From Trichodelitschia bisporula (taxonomy: Eukaryota): a stretch of 64,000 nt of DNA. Within the stretch, counting starts at the first letter, position 1; every line of letters begins with the position of its first letter. The notes beneath the pieces were generated by a model. That model saw only the letters and a list, made by a program, of their open reading frames with translations, did not search any database and was not told the origin of the DNA. The DNA is taken from positions 962,217-1,026,216 of the forward strand of contig ML996690.1 of assembly GCA_010356995.1 (NCBI GenBank). Direction: 5' to 3'. Both the position numbers and the translations under genes were made by a program. This document shows positions 1 to 12,000 of the stretch, piece by piece.

Positions 1-390
1 CTCGCAAGCCGATATGAGCGGACGGGCAAGATGGACGACCTCGAAGAGGCGATCAAAGTGACCCGGATGGCAGTCGATATCACGCCTAGCGATCATCCAG
101 ATCTCACGGGGAGGCTGAACAACTTGGGGAACAAACTCGCCAGCCGATATCGGCGGACGGGGAAGATGGACGACCTCGAAGAGGCGATCAAAGTGACCCA
201 AACGGCAGTCGAAATCACGCCTAGCGATCATCCAGATCTCGCAATATGGCTGAACAACTGGGGGAACAAACTCGCAAGCCGATATCGGCGGACGGGCAAG
301 ATGGACGACCTCGAAGAGGCGGTCAAAGTGACCCGGACGGCAGTCGATATCACGCCTAGCGGTCATCCAGATCTCGCAACGTATCTTCTC
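1..390 (+). repeat. 135-bp near-identical tandem repeats encoding TPR units (about 3 visible)
   Basis: Units start at 1, 136 and 271 with ctcgc(a/c)agccgatat...atggacgacctcgaagaggcg. Confidence 0.95.
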
Positions 391-2103
391 AGCTTGGGAG
401 GGGCGCTTCTCCTAAAGTCTTCAAGTGCCGCAGCTCTCGACACCTATAGACGGGCTTGGCATTGCCCCAACGCTCCCCCGTTCGTCCGGTTACGTGCCTC
501 CAGGCATGCTCTCTTGTTGCTCCAAGACCGAGAAGACTTTGAGGCAGCTTATCGCATTTCAGTTGATGCTCTCGATCTCCTCCCTCGCGTTCACACTCGA
601 TCATTGAGCCGGAACGATCAGCAGCATGTTGTCTCCTTGTTCTCTGGTTTGGCGACCAGCGCATGCTCTCTTGCCCTTCAATTGGGGAAACCTCCAAGCG
701 AGGCTCTAGAAGTATTAGAGAAGGGACGCGCACTCATTCTCGGACTCCTCATCGACGATCGAAGTGACGTTTCTGCGCTACGAGCGGTGTACCCGGATCT
801 TTGCACGAAATACGAGAGCCTCCGCGAGGAAGTCAATACCCCCATCAAGAGCAACACCGATCAGCGTCTACGACAGATAGCTCTGGAGAGATTCTCAGAG
901 GCTATTGAAGAGCTGGAAAAGTGCACAGAGGAGATACGGAGACTACCGCAATTCAGCCGGTTCCAGAAGGCACTCGCCATTGAAGAAATGCAAAAGTGTT
1001 CAGCAGAAGGATGCATCATTGTCGTCAATGCCACCGATCTCAGAAGCGATGCGATTATCATCTCACCCACCAATTGCGCAGCCATCCCCCTTCCTCTCCT
1101 CGGTGCATCCGGAGCTAAAGATTGGCTGGATCGAGACCTCACCAATGCATCGTCGGGCGATCGTGGCGCAAGGAACAAGGCCTATCGCGAATTCCTTTTG
1201 TGGTTGTGGCAAAACTGCGTGAAGCTTGTTTTTCAGGAGCTTCGGTACCGTATCGAAACCTCAGCAGACTCCTTCTCAGCAGACTCCTTGCCTAGGGTCT
1301 GGTGGATCGGCACAGGCCTTGCTAGTTCTTTCCCGTTTCACGCTGCCGGCGAAACCGGACACGCATCGGAAAATGCATACTGTTGCGCTGTGTCGTCATA
1401 CACGCCATCAATCAAAGCTCTTGCTTATTCCAGAGAGCGGGCGTCTGGCGAAGCTGTATCACGTAGCCGCCAGCCGGCGTTGCTCATTGTTACTATGGGG
1501 ACTACACCAGATGCGCACAGCCTTGACGGAGTGAAGGCTGAGCGGTGTGAGGTCGAAGCCGCGGTTGGGGCTTCCGCTCGGATACGACATCTCGATCTGC
1601 CCGACGTTGCGACGGTTGTGCGGCATCTTGGAGAGTCTGACATTGCTCATTTTGCCTGCCATGGAGTATCGCATCCCACCGACCCGTCCGAAAGTGGCCT
1701 ACTTCTACAGGCGGCTGGGGGAGCAGACCGAAAGCTAGGAGGGGAAACGCTTAGTGTTCGCCAAGTATCTCAGATGCGGCTTCCACACGGCGAGATTGCA
1801 TATCTTTCTGCATGCTCTACTGCGGAAAATCAAGCAGCCAGGCTGATGGACGAAGTGGTGCACGTCGTCAGTGGATTCCAAGTAGCCGGATTTAGACATG
1901 TGGTTGGGTGCTTGTGGCCGTCCAGTGACAGAGTATGTGTCAAGGTTGCGAAATTGTTCTACTCCCGGGTTTTTCAGGACGGCGTGGCAGAGTTTGACGA
2001 CAGAGCGGTTGCAGTGGCCCTGCACAAGGCCGCAGTGGAGGTTAGGGACGGCTTTTTCAAGCAACCGCTGCTTTGGGCACAGTATGTTCACTTTGGCGCA
2101 TAA
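1..2103 (+). CDS. TPR-repeat + CHAT (caspase HetF associated with TPRs) protease, 5' truncated by the window edge
   Basis: Open frame from base 1 to TAA at 2101-2103. N-terminal 45-aa TPR-like repeats (DDLEEAIKV...TPSDHPD...LNNLGN). CHAT motifs LPRVWWIGTG, SSYTPSIKAL, HFACHG (catalytic His), YLSACSTA (catalytic Cys), GFRHVVGCLW and the C-terminal WAQYVHFGA. Confidence 0.93.
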   Translation, partial: LASRYERTGKMDDLEEAIKVTRMAVDITPSDHPDLTGRLNNLGNKLASRYRRTGKMDDLEEAIKVTQTAVEITPSDHPDLAIWLNNWGNKLASRYRRTGKMDDLEEAVKVTRTAVDITPSGHPDLATYLLSLGGALLLKSSSAAALDTYRRAWHCPNAPPFVRLRASRHALLLLQDREDFEAAYRISVDALDLLPRVHTRSLSRNDQQHVVSLFSGLATSACSLALQLGKPPSEALEVLEKGRALILGLLIDDRSDVSALRAVYPDLCTKYESLREEVNTPIKSNTDQRLRQIALERFSEAIEELEKCTEEIRRLPQFSRFQKALAIEEMQKCSAEGCIIVVNATDLRSDAIIISPTNCAAIPLPLLGASGAKDWLDRDLTNASSGDRGARNKAYREFLLWLWQNCVKLVFQELRYRIETSADSFSADSLPRVWWIGTGLASSFPFHAAGETGHASENAYCCAVSSYTPSIKALAYSRERASGEAVSRSRQPALLIVTMGTTPDAHSLDGVKAERCEVEAAVGASARIRHLDLPDVATVVRHLGESDIAHFACHGVSHPTDPSESGLLLQAAGGADRKLGGETLSVRQVSQMRLPHGEIAYLSACSTAENQAARLMDEVVHVVSGFQVAGFRHVVGCLWPSSDRVCVKVAKLFYSRVFQDGVAEFDDRAVAVALHKAAVEVRDGFFKQPLLWAQYVHFGA

Positions 2104-3862
2104 GGTAACGACGCTGTACATCATGGTACCATGAAGGAATAAAGGAATGAACATTGTGCAAATGTCTTCAGCATGTTCCATGAAAAAGAAAACGAACAAG
2201 AAAACCCTCGGCCTCAACACTCATCGCCCAGAGGTCTCTACACTACTCAAATAAGCCTAGTTTCATCGGAATCGTCACTGCAGGTGTTACCGGGCAGAGA
2301 TGGGAATCAATGCTCCGCGTTTTAGTGCTGAATTTGTGGTGGCAACCCGTGGTGGCTAGAGAAGGCGGCCGGAAGGCAGGGATTGTCTGCTGGCAGGGTA
2401 TATAGTCCGCCCATCCCGACTACTAGTCAATCAAGCAACTCAGTCAAGTTCACACTACATTTTAACAGTTATGATCTCCCCAAGGCTCAGCACTGTGTCC
2501 TCAGTCATTCTAAGCCTTCCGTGAGCCGTACAGCCACAGTACAGCCGCACTATTCCCTCTGGGTCCTAGTGACGTCCTTGGTTCAAATCATCCCAATCGC
2601 CGAGCATCCATCTCATCACCCGCCACGGCACAGCCACCCAATCCTATGGGATCGGACAGGGCACGATGGACACAGCAATATGACAATCAGGCAACAAGTG
2701 TAAGCAACACCTGTTCGGAGGCTGCGGCCTCAGGCTGGTACCGGGTGATTAGCCCGGGTGTCTCTGATCTCCTTGGGGAAATGATTACCTATTGTAGATT
2801 TGTTCATGATCGGACCGGATTAACCGGTCCCCGAGGATCACCACGCATAAACCCCAGCAATCGGAGATCTCGAGGAGATCAACGGTTCGCACTGTTATCA
2901 CACGCTCTTGACTGGATCAGCCCGTCTAACTCCCTACCACTTTACCTACGATCACCAAGCTTACACTTTCAACCCTGCCGTATCCCGTGACCTGTGTCAT
3001 GGTTCTGGCCATACACGGTGTGATGCCTCAGGCCATGATGTGATCTGGGTGGCAGCACAGTACCGAGGTGACGTATGGGGACTAGCGCAGTCATGTGACT
3101 GGCGCCAAGCCCCCACACTGCGGTTATGCTTTTGCACACCCATCCCTGTAGATTACTTCTCTAACTCTTTATCATCGTCTCGAAGCAATCCATGGTTTTT
3201 GCACCGCTCTTCGCTGGCACCGTGACAACCTGCTCGGCCGGCCCGGCCATGCTGAGCTCTGAGTGCCTGTGGGCTAGCCCGTTACAGGCACGATTGCTTG
3301 TCGTAGTCTTCGCGTATGAAGATTGTGATGTATTGCGATCCTTAGGGCGGCGAAAAGTTGAGCGTACGAAGTTGAATCGTAGCCTTGATGCGTCGGTATG
3401 TTAAACTCGTGCTTGAATTTGGGGTGCTCGGATCCACGCTGTCGCAGACATATTAACTGCCTGATCCTATCTATGCTGTGTTTTCAGCCATTTGTCTCGG
3501 CGTGGGACAGGAAGGGAAGGGGTACGGCAAAAAAGAGTATATAGAGCAATTGGAGGTCAAGGTACACAGCGCATAGAGTGTTCTATGAAATACGCCAAGC
3601 CCCAATAGGAGAGCGCCGGGCAGGTCGGTTGATATTGTTGGGCATGCCAAGCCTCGCCCAAGTCAGGTAGATCACATGACTCTGAGCCAGCACGTAGTTA
3701 GACTCCGAGAGACCGAGATACTTTCTCTCTCGATGGTCCAATGTCAATTGATTTTTTACCCCAAAACTGCCCCCTCAACAATTCATGAACAGGGATCAGC
3801 CGATGATATGGTGACATAAAACGTATTTTTCAAGAACCGCCAAAAGCGCTAACCTATTCGGG

Positions 3863-3980
3863 ATTCTCGGACATAAGTCACATAAAGCACCAGTCCCCGT
3901 CTGCTCACTGAAGTTAAGCTGTGAATCGGTTGACTAGTAGTTGCGTGGGTGACCAGCAGCGAATCCCAACTGTTGTATGT
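3863..3980 (+). pseudogene. 5S rRNA copy with a replaced or damaged 5' end
   Basis: Colinear with the 5S gene at 4186 from about nt 10 onward, ends GTTGTATGT followed by a T-run. The first 9 nt (attctcgga) cannot form a proper helix I. Confidence 0.85.
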
Positions 3981-4185
3981 TTTTGTCTTTTTTCCATCCT
4001 CCGTCCTAACTTCCACTTACCCGACCGGGCCAGCTGGCCGGTCCCTCGAGAGATCTCTCCAGCAAAACTGAAGCTAACCATCTAGCTCACAGGTACACGC
4101 TCTACTGTGTGTATACTGCAGTAACCATTTTCATGGGCCGCCGGCTTTCCTTTGCTAATTCACCCTGTCCACAGCCCTCTCCAGC

Positions 4186-4303
4186 ACATACGGCCATAGG
4201 TCGCAAAGAACACCAGTCCCCGTCTGCTCACTGAAGTTAACCTGCGAACAGACTGATTAGTAGTTGCGTGGGAGACCAGCAGCGAATCCCAGTTGCTGTA
4301 TGT
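4186..4303 (+). rRNA. 5S rRNA, intact, 118 nt
   Basis: ACATACGGCCATAG...TAGTAGTTGCGTGGGAGACCAGCAGCGAATCCCAGTTGCTGTATGT. Helix I ACATACGGC/GCTGTATGT pairs, followed by an oligo-T Pol III terminator. Confidence 0.95.
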
Positions 4304-4697
4304 TTTTGCCGGTTTTGTTGCTGCGGGCCGAGTCGAGAGTCAGAAGAAGAATGCGAAAAGGGGGGAGAGAGAGGGGGTTCATAGCCTGTAGTGAAGACAT
4401 AGCGAACTACAAGAAACTCGGGACGAATACGCGGCCATGACTGGCGGTCTTGAAGATAAACATTTGGTTCTTTTTTCCTTGCTGGAGTCGGAAAGCATTC
4501 TCGAGAACTAGATGAATCGGTCAATCTTGAGGTGATGCCACCACTACTGACGGACTGTTATATGTGAGACTCGGCCCGCTCCTGTCAAAAAAGTCAGGCC
4601 GACGAGACAGAACGGGACAGCATATTTGAAACTGAAATGGGAACCCTGAGTCGGATGCCACAACAAACCACCGACCAGCAAAACGAAAATGAAAGCT

Positions 4698-4769
4698 TAG
4701 TCCAACAGGGGATCGAACCCTGGACCTTCTGCGTGTGAAGCAGACGTCATACCACTAGACCATTAGACT
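4698..4769 (-). tRNA. tRNA-Val (anticodon CAC), intronless
   Basis: Minus strand AGTCTAATGGTCTAGTGGTATGACGTCTGCTTCACACGCAGAAGGTCCAGGGTTCGATCCCCTGTTGGACTA. Acceptor stem AGTCTAA/TTGGACT, anticodon arm TCTGC-TTCACAC-GCAGA, T-loop GTTCGATC. Confidence 0.95.
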
Positions 4770-5336
4770 GGATTGGATGCTTTGATACGAAGAAACGGCG
4801 ATAAAATAATTAAGATGGGATGAAAGGTTTTGGTGCCAACTGCGGATGAACGACTTCGTTGCGGGTAGAGGTGATGCTCCAGGGGATATATCCTTTTGAA
4901 ACGGGGGATCTGCGAGCAAGGCATAATCCATCAAGTGGAAATAACGTCTAACAGTCGAGTTTAAATCCGGTTCAGAGGCGTATGGTAAGGGGATACTCGA
5001 CAAATACCTATCAACAGGGTGCCGTGACTGACAAAAAACCCAGCTCTATATGTCGAAGAGAGGCAAAGCACATAGACATTAAATATTCAGCCGTCCGCTG
5101 CTCTCACCTATGTACAAGAGTCATTCCTTGTCATCGGTCCCAAAATCAGGGTATCCCCCATCCAGCGCCTCACCTCCGCCATAAAACCGACATACAATCC
5201 ATTTCAGATATGCCCAACGCCGTTGCCGTATTCACGACCAGTGCGACATCAAAGCCCTGCCCATATGCAACTCCCGCTTTCTTCCTGGAGCAAACCTTCT
5301 CATCCCATCATCCAAATGCAGTCCAAACCCGGCTGC

Positions 5337-6736
5337 TCACACCACCCCCAAAACCTCTCTCCCCTTCACTCCCGGACCCTCATATCCCCTTGACGGCCCC
5401 ATGTACTCGCTCGTCACGTCAAAGCTCTTAGTCACCAACACGCCCTTGGGCTCATTCAACTCGATCCCAACCCCATCATACGCATCATCGTCGTGTGTCA
5501 GACTCGCATCACTGGCCATGACATCGCGGTCGGCGCTACCAGCAGGAAAGGAACGCCGTCCGCCACTCCCACCCACACCGTTCTTCGAATTCCGCATTGC
5601 CGGATTCGAGATGCTGCGACTCCAGGACAGGGAGTTATTCTTCGATTTTTGGCTTATTGAGCTGCTGAAGGCGCCAAGGACGGCTTTGAGGGCTGGCATT
5701 GAGGCGCAGATTATGGCCAGGTTCAATTCGAGTATGCTCCAGACGTAGAGGTCGTAGCCGATCCCTGGAAGGTGGGTTAGTTTCAGGGTCGGTCCCTTGA
5801 ATGCTTCCAGGGGGCCTACATCGGACGTCACGGCGAGGATCGGTGTTGTACCTGTGCAGCAGGTAGGCGCGCGCAATGCCGGCGCCGCAGACCACCAAAC
5901 CAGAAGCAAAGAGCGAGTAGAGTAATATCTTGCGGCGCCGATTGAGGCTGGTGCGAGTAATCAACACGACCACGAAAGCCGTGGCATAGATGTCAGTCAA
6001 TGCATCAAGCACGCCGTTGAGAGTATCCCCGGCGGTGCGTTCGATGCAGTGGTACTTCGTCTTATAGCCGGCAATGTCAGCGCTACGCCATGTCGCACTG
6101 ACCGGCGTGCACGCGAAGATAAGCATGAGGATGAAGCCGATATCCCACAAAAGGACGAAGATGATGGCGCCGTTGATGAGCCAGCGTTCGCGGCTCGTCA
6201 GCGTGCGTCCGAAAATACGTAGGAAAAAGACGAAAATGCTGATTTTGATCGGCGCCATGGCAAGCATGAAGCACATCTCGCCTATCCAGCCCATGAGGGC
6301 AGCGGGCGCACTCTTCTCAAAGCTGGCATCCCATGTGTGCATACCGCCATGGTAGTGTTGTACACCTCGACCGATTAATATGCTTGTCCGTAATTGGCTT
6401 GTGGTCCGTAATTGGCTTGTGGTACGTACTATATATTGCAACTACGGTCAAGGCCGTTGTGAATAGCTGTGGCCGTCAGCAGGGCCTGAGTCTATCGAGC
6501 ACCAGAATTCATACCCAGCCCACGAAAATGAGCGCATCATCAAGGCCTAGGGTTCCTGCTTGCTTGCGGAGGCGGCCCCACAGGCGCAATACAATCACCA
6601 GCGTGGATATAACCTGGAAAACAATGGCATAGGGTGTGAGCCAGGTGCGATTGACGGGATCAATGGTATTTTGCGGCGGCCAATTTGAGATGACTGAGAT
6701 CGGAATGCGAAAAGAGGTGAGTAGAGTGTCACCCAT
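5337..6736 (-). CDS. Pth11-like (fungal rhodopsin-domain) integral membrane protein without CFEM, 4 exons
   Basis: Motifs SNWPPQN, LRLWGR...LGLDDALI, IKISIFVFFLRIF, IFACTPV...W and ELNLAIICASMPALK. Inferred introns 6467-6514, 6366-6429 and 5765-5819. Confidence 0.88.
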
Positions 6737-9083
6737 GGTCAGAGCGACATCGGCGAGGACGATGAGATGTTGGTGGAGATGCGAAAAACAGCAATGAGCA
6801 TTATTAGTGGCGACGAGGGTCGGGAGCGTAGTACACCATTGACGCGCAATTCGGAGATATCAGATACTAAAAGAAGCAACAAGCTAAACCGAGCTGTTGG
6901 GCGGGGAGAACGTGGGCATAAAAGAAAAGCCGCGGCTGCAGTCGAGTTCTGTCATGGCACAAGGGAAGCCGAACTAGAAATGCAATTCGTAGAACAGCAC
7001 CGCGTCCCACCGCAGCGCCATGCATTGAGGATGGCTGGGATCTGAGGAAAAGCCTCATGCACTTTTCGCGCACGAGTCAGGCCCGAGAGGTGTTCAGGCG
7101 GTCCGGCTGCAGCGCCCAGAGATTTACTCCAGGAATTGGTGAGTTTGGCATCCAGTGCTGGAGCACGACTGAGTAGCGGCCAGCTTTGCGGTCAAAAAAG
7201 AGTGATTGATCAGTGGTCGCTGTACGGATGTACCGTAGTTCTAGTCAGCTTTGACATATGGAACATGTGAAGAGACCAGTCGTCCGGGCCCCGCCGATTC
7301 TCAACGACTTGGGAGCCTCTCGAGGACCATCGAATCACCAACCCTCTGGAGTGAACAGCGATTCGTCCATTATACTTTTACAAGGCGCCTGTCAAACCCC
7401 AACGCTGGTCAACCTTTCTCCACCATCCAGATTCGACCTGACAAGCGAGTACAGCGAGTCGGCGTCGGGACGCCAGGCACCAACACTAGGAATCGTGCAA
7501 GGCATCGTGAGAGAATCGGCGCCCCCCGCCCGATTTGCCCGCCATTCTTCAGCCGAACTTCACCCCTTAGCCAAGCTGGACAGGGTATCCCAACCTCAAC
7601 GCCAGCCGGGGTCTGCAGACAAGCGCACAAGCGAGGGGTGCCTTCGACCTGCACTTCGTACGTATAATGCACACGCGAAGTGGTGAAGAGAGTCGCACAA
7701 ATCATCAGCACGACTAAAAGAGGCATGTAGGGCACGAGACGAAGCGCAGTTGGTGTGGGCGTGTTTTTCTGCATGAGCAGGGCGGCGGAGCTTAGCAACG
7801 GCGCCACAGTCGTACCTACCCCGCATCTTGACATGTCGCCCTTGAAGATTGTTTCATACCCATCGCGCAAAGCAGGGCTTGGTCGGGCCTCTGAGTTGCA
7901 TTCGTGCCGGCCCTTCTGCAAATCATGGCCAGCGACGACGATACTTACGGTGTTTGTGGCCGTGGTCGCCTTCCTTGTCGGAAGAGGCGCGTGATACTGG
8001 CTATCGTTAAGTGAAAGGAATGTCGCATGAGTCGGCACGAGAAGGTAGATATGCATATACGCAGGTGGTACTAGCGTGCTATAACAAGGCTGCCGTTGAA
8101 CGTCGGAGGTATCCCATATGGTTAAGAGATGGCGTCAAGAAGCAACTCCGTTGCCGTTCACCCCACCGTCTTCCGGACGTAACACCGCTGGAAGGCTGAA
8201 ACAATGTGGGTAGGATGCCAGCCACCAACGGATCAGATTTCACAGCATCGAGCCACAGGCATATGTTCTTGGCTTATCAGCTCACGAATTGGGGAATCCT
8301 GCCAGCAGCTAGCCTCTTTGCGCTGTGGAAGATGCCGAAGAAGGCGCCATAAGACACAAAGTGTGCCAGCGGCAGTTGAGTGAAGGTGCGAACCGGAGAT
8401 ATGCAGCCACACTTAGCCGGTTCCGCATGGCTTTACCTGCATGAACTCTTGACCCATGGCTATCACAAATAGCGATCGAGATCTAAAACGTGAATTATTT
8501 AGAGTATCCCTGGTGGTGGCGAAAGGGGCCCAAAGTGTAATGAGGAAGCAATGCTGTGAGATATGCACGTCGAGGGACTGTCGTGAAGCCATCTGAAAGT
8601 TCCGAGCTCGAGAAATGAATGATGGGCGCCACTGAGCTAGAAACAACTTTACGTCCGTAGGCTTCCAGCAACACCCTCCGTTGGATGGACAGTAAACGGG
8701 TTGTAGAGCGCCATGGCGATGTTGAGGAGCGCCGAATGAATTGAACCGGAATTGCGGCTGGCCAATCCGGGCGACAGCAGAGCAGCTGACTGCCAAAGGT
8801 TTCGGATAGGATCCCGGGTTGCCTATGGCCTGACAACTCGAACCTTGAAGGATGCTCATGTGCTCCTGTCGTCGATCAAAAGCATCCATTCCCCACCCTT
8901 GAGCATCCAATGAGAAAATCTTGTTTTCCCGATTCAAAATAACTTTGTACGGTAGACAAGACGTCAAGACAAGCAAAAGCGCAGACCCTATCCGATACAC
9001 CCCAGTCATAACCGTTGCCTTGCCAACTTCATTATCCCATAGCACATCCCAACCGTGAACTTCAAGCCCACGCTCCCGATTGC

Positions 9084-12000
9084 TCACAAAATGCTGTCAT
9101 CATCCAGTAAATCAGAAACAAGCGATTCGTCCCCCTTGGTCTTGCCGACCACCGTGGCATCGTCATCCTCGTCATCACCACTCCCGTAAACCGTACCCTC
9201 GGCATCAGGTAGCTGGGTGAATTTGGTCATCACAGTCATATCCTCATCTACGTCCATTTCGTCGCTCGGAGGAGCCCCCGGCGCTTCCTCAAAGCTTGCG
9301 TCCCGGGATTGCTCTTTGGAAGTCCCAGTCGAGGCAGTCAGCAGCTTGGCAACCGTATTTTGCAGTTTGGTTAGCGCGTTGCGCGTCGACACCTCCGACG
9401 CGACCTTGCCCTCGAACGCCTCGTTGACGAGGTCGGCGATTGTCTGCAGAGCTTCGGCAGGCGCGTTGACATTAACATGAAGCTTTCCCAAGAGCGTAAC
9501 GAAGATTTTGCGTTCCTCCTCTGCGCCGCATTAGCAGTACTCTTTCACTCAGGTACGTCAACTCACTTGTACAGCCTGGAGTCAGCACCTTCTCCAAAAG
9601 CTCCTCTGCAAGCACCAGGTGCCCGTCTTCCGCGCCTGAGTCTTTGCCTTCCCCGAATCCGGCCTCCTTCCGCGGGTCGGTCCAGTCCGCGATCTGAGCT
9701 GCCACCATGCTCATGCCCACCATCTCCTCTTCCTCATCCAGATCGTCCGCACGCTCTGCGAGCGCCCGCATAATCGGCACTGCGACGCGTGCCATCGACA
9801 CTGCGTTTGCACGCCGCGAGTGGCAATATACAGGCAAAAAGTAGGTAAGGGACTGGCGGAGCGACGGGTTGCTGCGGGTCTCCGGGTCAAAGTACGCGAG
9901 GACAAGCTGCTTGAGAAGATCTGGATCGCGAATTGTGGATGCAAGCATAAGCTTGGAGAGTGCTGTGCAGGCGGTCGTTTGGACCTGGGTTTCCTCGGAG
10001 CGCAAACCTCTGGAATACATCTTGTAGATGGGCTTAAGAAGCGGATTCGGGAGTTCAGTCTCCTCTTCCTCTGTCGACGGGGGAGGAGCCAAGAGCGAGG
10101 GTTGTGTCGTTAGGATATCAGTAATGATCTGAATGGCAATGACTTGCAGCGCTTCATGGCCCTTGCTGAAGCAGTGCAGGAAGAGCGTGAGGTTCTCGTT
10201 CGCCAGGTTCTTGCTAAGCATGCAGCACAATCCGAGGCAGCAGAGGCCGCGCTCGCGGATGGGAGCTTCCTGACTGCGGACGGCGGGGACGACGAGATTA
10301 TTGAGCATGGTAACGAGGTGGACGTTGCGCTCGAGGTCGCACTGTACATTCTGCAGCATGCATTGAGCGATGTGCAGACATTTCATGTTGACCATGATCT
10401 CGCGGATGGCCTTGTCCTCATCGTCTTGGGATGTCTCGCTGGTCGCCGTCTGTGGCCGCTTGGACGCTTTAGTTGGCGTGGAGTCCGTCTGTTCCGAGCG
10501 CGCTGAATGGAAGCTCTCGTCCACATCTTCAGCTTCTTTTTCGCCTGCGTCACCCATGATAGTATCGTGAACTTCGGCCACGGCCTCGAGGACGATACTG
10601 CAAAACTCCTGCTCGTCCGCACACACAGTGCGAAGAATTTCGACGATGAGCCTCGTGCATTCCTCGGGCAGCTCGGCGAGTGCAAGCGTCTCCCGCATGA
10701 TTGAGAACATCTTCCGCCGGCCCATCTCGTCCGAGTAGTCCAGAGTAAGAGCGATGTGTAGCATCTGCTCGACGCAAAATTCTTGCTGCACAGTCTCCTC
10801 CTCTGCCTCCGCATCTTCCGGGTCGAGAGCCACCTTCTCGACGCCTTTGATGAGCGCTTCGAGATGTCGTTGCAACAGAAATGCGAACTTGGTCACTTCG
10901 GGCATCTTGTCTTCCAGCATGCTTTGAAGCTTGACCTCCTTCGACTGCCGGCAGTACTGGTTGAACGTGCGCGCGACAAACGCGCTCTCGGGAGTCAACG
11001 TGTCGAAGAAGGGATCCTCGAAGCTGATGTAATCGCGATAATCCGGCCTGCCGTCCCAGAATTCCTTCATTGCCTCGTGTGCAATGCCGCCCTCAACGCC
11101 CGAGTTGACGACATCGATGCGCTCCAAGAGCTCAAGCAGGGCGTCCAGATTGGGCTCATGCGATTTCTGTTGAGCCTTTTCTTGCTCTTCCTCTTCTCCC
11201 TCAGTCTGATGTGAGGCTGCGCAGTCTTCGATCCACCGCTCGCGGAACAGCCGTGCTGTCGCCTTACGTACGTTCTCATCGCGGTCCCGCATTCCCCACC
11301 GCAGCAACTTTTCTCTGTGCGTAAGCGACAAGTGGCGGAAATCTCCGAGTGCGGGTAGTAGGCGGGAGTAGAGCGCACGCCTGGTTGCGGCATCTAGGTC
11401 TCTTGCTCGCTCAAGCAGGTAGGGGAGTGTACCGGGAGTAAACGGTAGGTTGAGGAGCAAGGCGCGGCGCACATCGGCGCTCGGGTCGTGCTGCAGCGCT
11501 TCGCGCAAGCGATCCAAAACACCACCAGCATCATCATCACTGTCATCATTGTCTTGATCGTCTTCGTTTTCGTCCGCAAGGCGTCCGAGACCGAGAACAG
11601 CCTGCACGCGTACGATGCTCTCCTTGTCGCGCAGGCGCTTCATGAGAGCAAGGCGAACGAACTGAAACAGCTCATCATCGATAGAGTCGAGAGTGTTCAC
11701 AATATGCGCTACTATTTGCGTCACCCGGTACCGAACCACTTTGTCCTTTGCCGTAATGACCTGCAGTGCTTGTGACAATATTTCCGATGTGAGTCGGCTG
11801 GTAGGCGTCTCGGGAAAGGCATCCGTCGTATCCGCATCTGGATTTGCAAAGATAGCATTGTCTACAGACGTCAGAAGAGCAATGTATGGGCAAAGGAGAT
11901 GTACCCTTCTCTGAGGCATTCTTGAGAAACAGCCCCAAAAACTTCACTAGCCGGTCTCCTACAGGCTCACTCTTCTTGACTGTCAATGTTCTCAGAACGC

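Noticed and set aside
2104..3860. Gasdermin/effector gene or DUF3435 captain remnant beside the CHAT gene
   Set aside because: Only short stop-interrupted frames, with no recognisable motifs on either strand.
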